Source: Eledone cirrhosa
Lineage: Eukaryota
Direction: 5' to 3'
Assembly (NCBI GenBank): GCA_964016885.1
Contig: OZ024740.1
Coordinates: forward strand, 278,132,001 to 278,196,000
Length of the DNA: 64,000 bases
In this document: piece after piece, positions 62,081-64,000 of the stretch
Position numbering within the stretch: position 1 is the first letter of the stretch
Layout: each line of letters starts with the position of its first letter
The notes under the pieces: generated by a model
The model's database searches: none
What the model was told of the DNA's origin: nothing
What the model saw: the letters and a program-made list of their open reading frames with translations, nothing else
Position numbers and translations under genes: made by a program

Positions 62081-62970
62081 GTGAGAGTGTATTTTTTATA
62101 AGTTTCTGTTTGCGCGATTATAGTTATATACTCATAATAGTTATATACTCATACATATAGATGTATGTATGTGCACAATCATACGCGTCAGCGTGTAGAA
62201 AGTCATAATCTCTCTATCTCTCTCATCACAAACCCTCTTTTTCTGTATATATGGTAGTTGAAGTAGTGGTGGTGGCGACGATGCATTGACCCTGGGCTCG
62301 TTTGTCATTTCTGATAGGATTAACCTTATCTTTCCTTAGATTCAACTCAATTTACATTTATAAAAACAATTCTTCATTTTCTTCTTCCTTTTCAAAGACG
62401 TCTATATTTTCATTTTTTAGATTTATAATCAACATTTTACACTCCAAAATACCAAACAATATTAAATTATAAATTATAGCTAACGATTTTCAATCTCCGA
62501 TTGGTGAGCCTCACTGATTTGCTATTTGTGGATATTTCTCTCAATCGGATGCCACGATACTGAGATTCCATAATCACCATTGTTTGATTTCAGTTTATTT
62601 CAAGTGATCTATAAGCCAGTTTGGTGAAACCAACGAACGTGTTTCTATCTGGCATAAATGAATACATAACGATGGCACTCAGAATTACTCACTCTACCAA
62701 CTAAAACAAAAGTTTAGATGAAGTGCACGATAAGGATGAAAAATATATAATGTTTCTATATACAGCCTCCGGACAACACTATACTTTAAAATCTCAAGCA
62801 CAATTGAATATGCTTTCACCTCTTCCAATTACACAAGCACACACACACTCTCTCTCTCTCTATCTCTCTCACACACACACACACATGCGCATGAAAACAC
62901 ACACACACACACACGCACAGATATACACGCACACCAGTCCATTGAATATTACAACACTACGCGAGCACAG

Positions 62971-63036
<66 letters not shown>

Positions 63037-63089
63037 ATGTATGTATATGTATATATATATATATATATAAACATATATATATATATATA

Positions 63090-63138
<49 letters not shown>

Positions 63139-63494
63139 CTATATGGTAATAAGCAATAGTCTCTGAATAATACACACATTGTTACAACCATATAATCAAT
63201 AGTATTGACAGCATCCCACCCCAACTAAACAACTCAGAATATAAATAGACCAAAGTAAGATTTGAATTCATAGTCGGAAGAATCACCATTGCCGAAGTTG
63301 CTGTCACCATTTTCTTCGGAAAATAAATCTTTATACTCTGATCATATATATTGATTAGCTCATTCAGTTAGTGCCTGGCCGCTCTATGTACGTGTCGACA
63401 TAAACATCGACATTAGTGTGTATGTTTGTATCCATGTATGTGTGTACATATATGAGTATTTATACATGCTTATGCGCGTATACACACACCCGCG

Positions 63495-63528
<34 letters not shown>

Positions 63529-63612
63529 TTTCGATGAAACAATTGTAAGTGAATAAATGCTTTGAACATAGCTTTGACTCTTGTGAATTCTCTTTCTCTC
63601 TCACTCTATATA

Positions 63613-63649
<37 letters not shown>

Positions 63650-63656
<7 letters not shown>

Positions 63657-64000
63657 AAGTTAAATAAGAAGTCAAATGTTTAAAATTTAGCTTCGTTTAT
63701 TACTGCTATATATATTTCAGTGACAGCCATCTTTGGCTGTGACCTCTTCAGGCAGTTTGAATTAGTGTGGTATAGACAAGAACATATGTTGTTGAGTTGT
63801 ATAATTTTGTTAATACTCTGATATGCCCAGTTCCTGGTTGGCTTTTTATTTTACTGAGGAACTGGAATCATATGAATTCAAACAAACGAATTTCAGTGTC
63901 AAAGGGCCTCTTCTCCTCTCATTGGTCAGTTATTAGAACATTCCTCATTCTAAGAGTTGTTATTGTTGGAGTTAGCTTTAAAAATTGATAAAGTGGTAGA
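63650..64000 (-). mobile_element. PLE pLTR (same family as 42700-43130), runs off the window
   Basis: Direct homology. Hammerhead at 63702-63756 on the reverse strand: ACTGC-CTGAAGA-...-GAAA-TATATA-TA|GCAGT, with a perfect stem I. Confidence 0.8.

Overview
This is AT-rich, microsatellite-dense eukaryotic (animal) DNA with no recognisable host gene. It is almost entirely transposable elements and their debris; the SINE family and the (TA)n/(CA)n/(GA)n load resemble cephalopod/Octopus-type genomes (inference). Contents: (1) a ~17 kb Helitron (1133-17585) plus a head-to-tail non-autonomous copy (to 18242), whose decayed Rep/PIF1-helicase gene carries an N-terminal array of exactly 145 x 69-bp units, each encoding a 23-aa STPR-like repeat (ESDGLRAERLAEQRERDRSRRYH); (2) many Penelope-like element (PLE) fragments with GIY-YIG domains, minimal hammerhead ribozymes and fold-back palindromes, mostly sitting in (TA)n; (3) a 470-bp tandem and inverted repeat (50901-52948) with an intact hammerhead ribozyme motif in each complete unit (retrozyme-like); (4) CRE-like, Tx1/L1-like and RTE-like LINE remnants, a mariner, a hAT with an 8-bp TSD, a fold-back MITE and at least 8 tRNA-derived SINE copies. 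The two best leads are the giant variable STPR array and the ribozyme-bearing 470-bp array. All family assignments come from motif recognition by eye, not from database searches.
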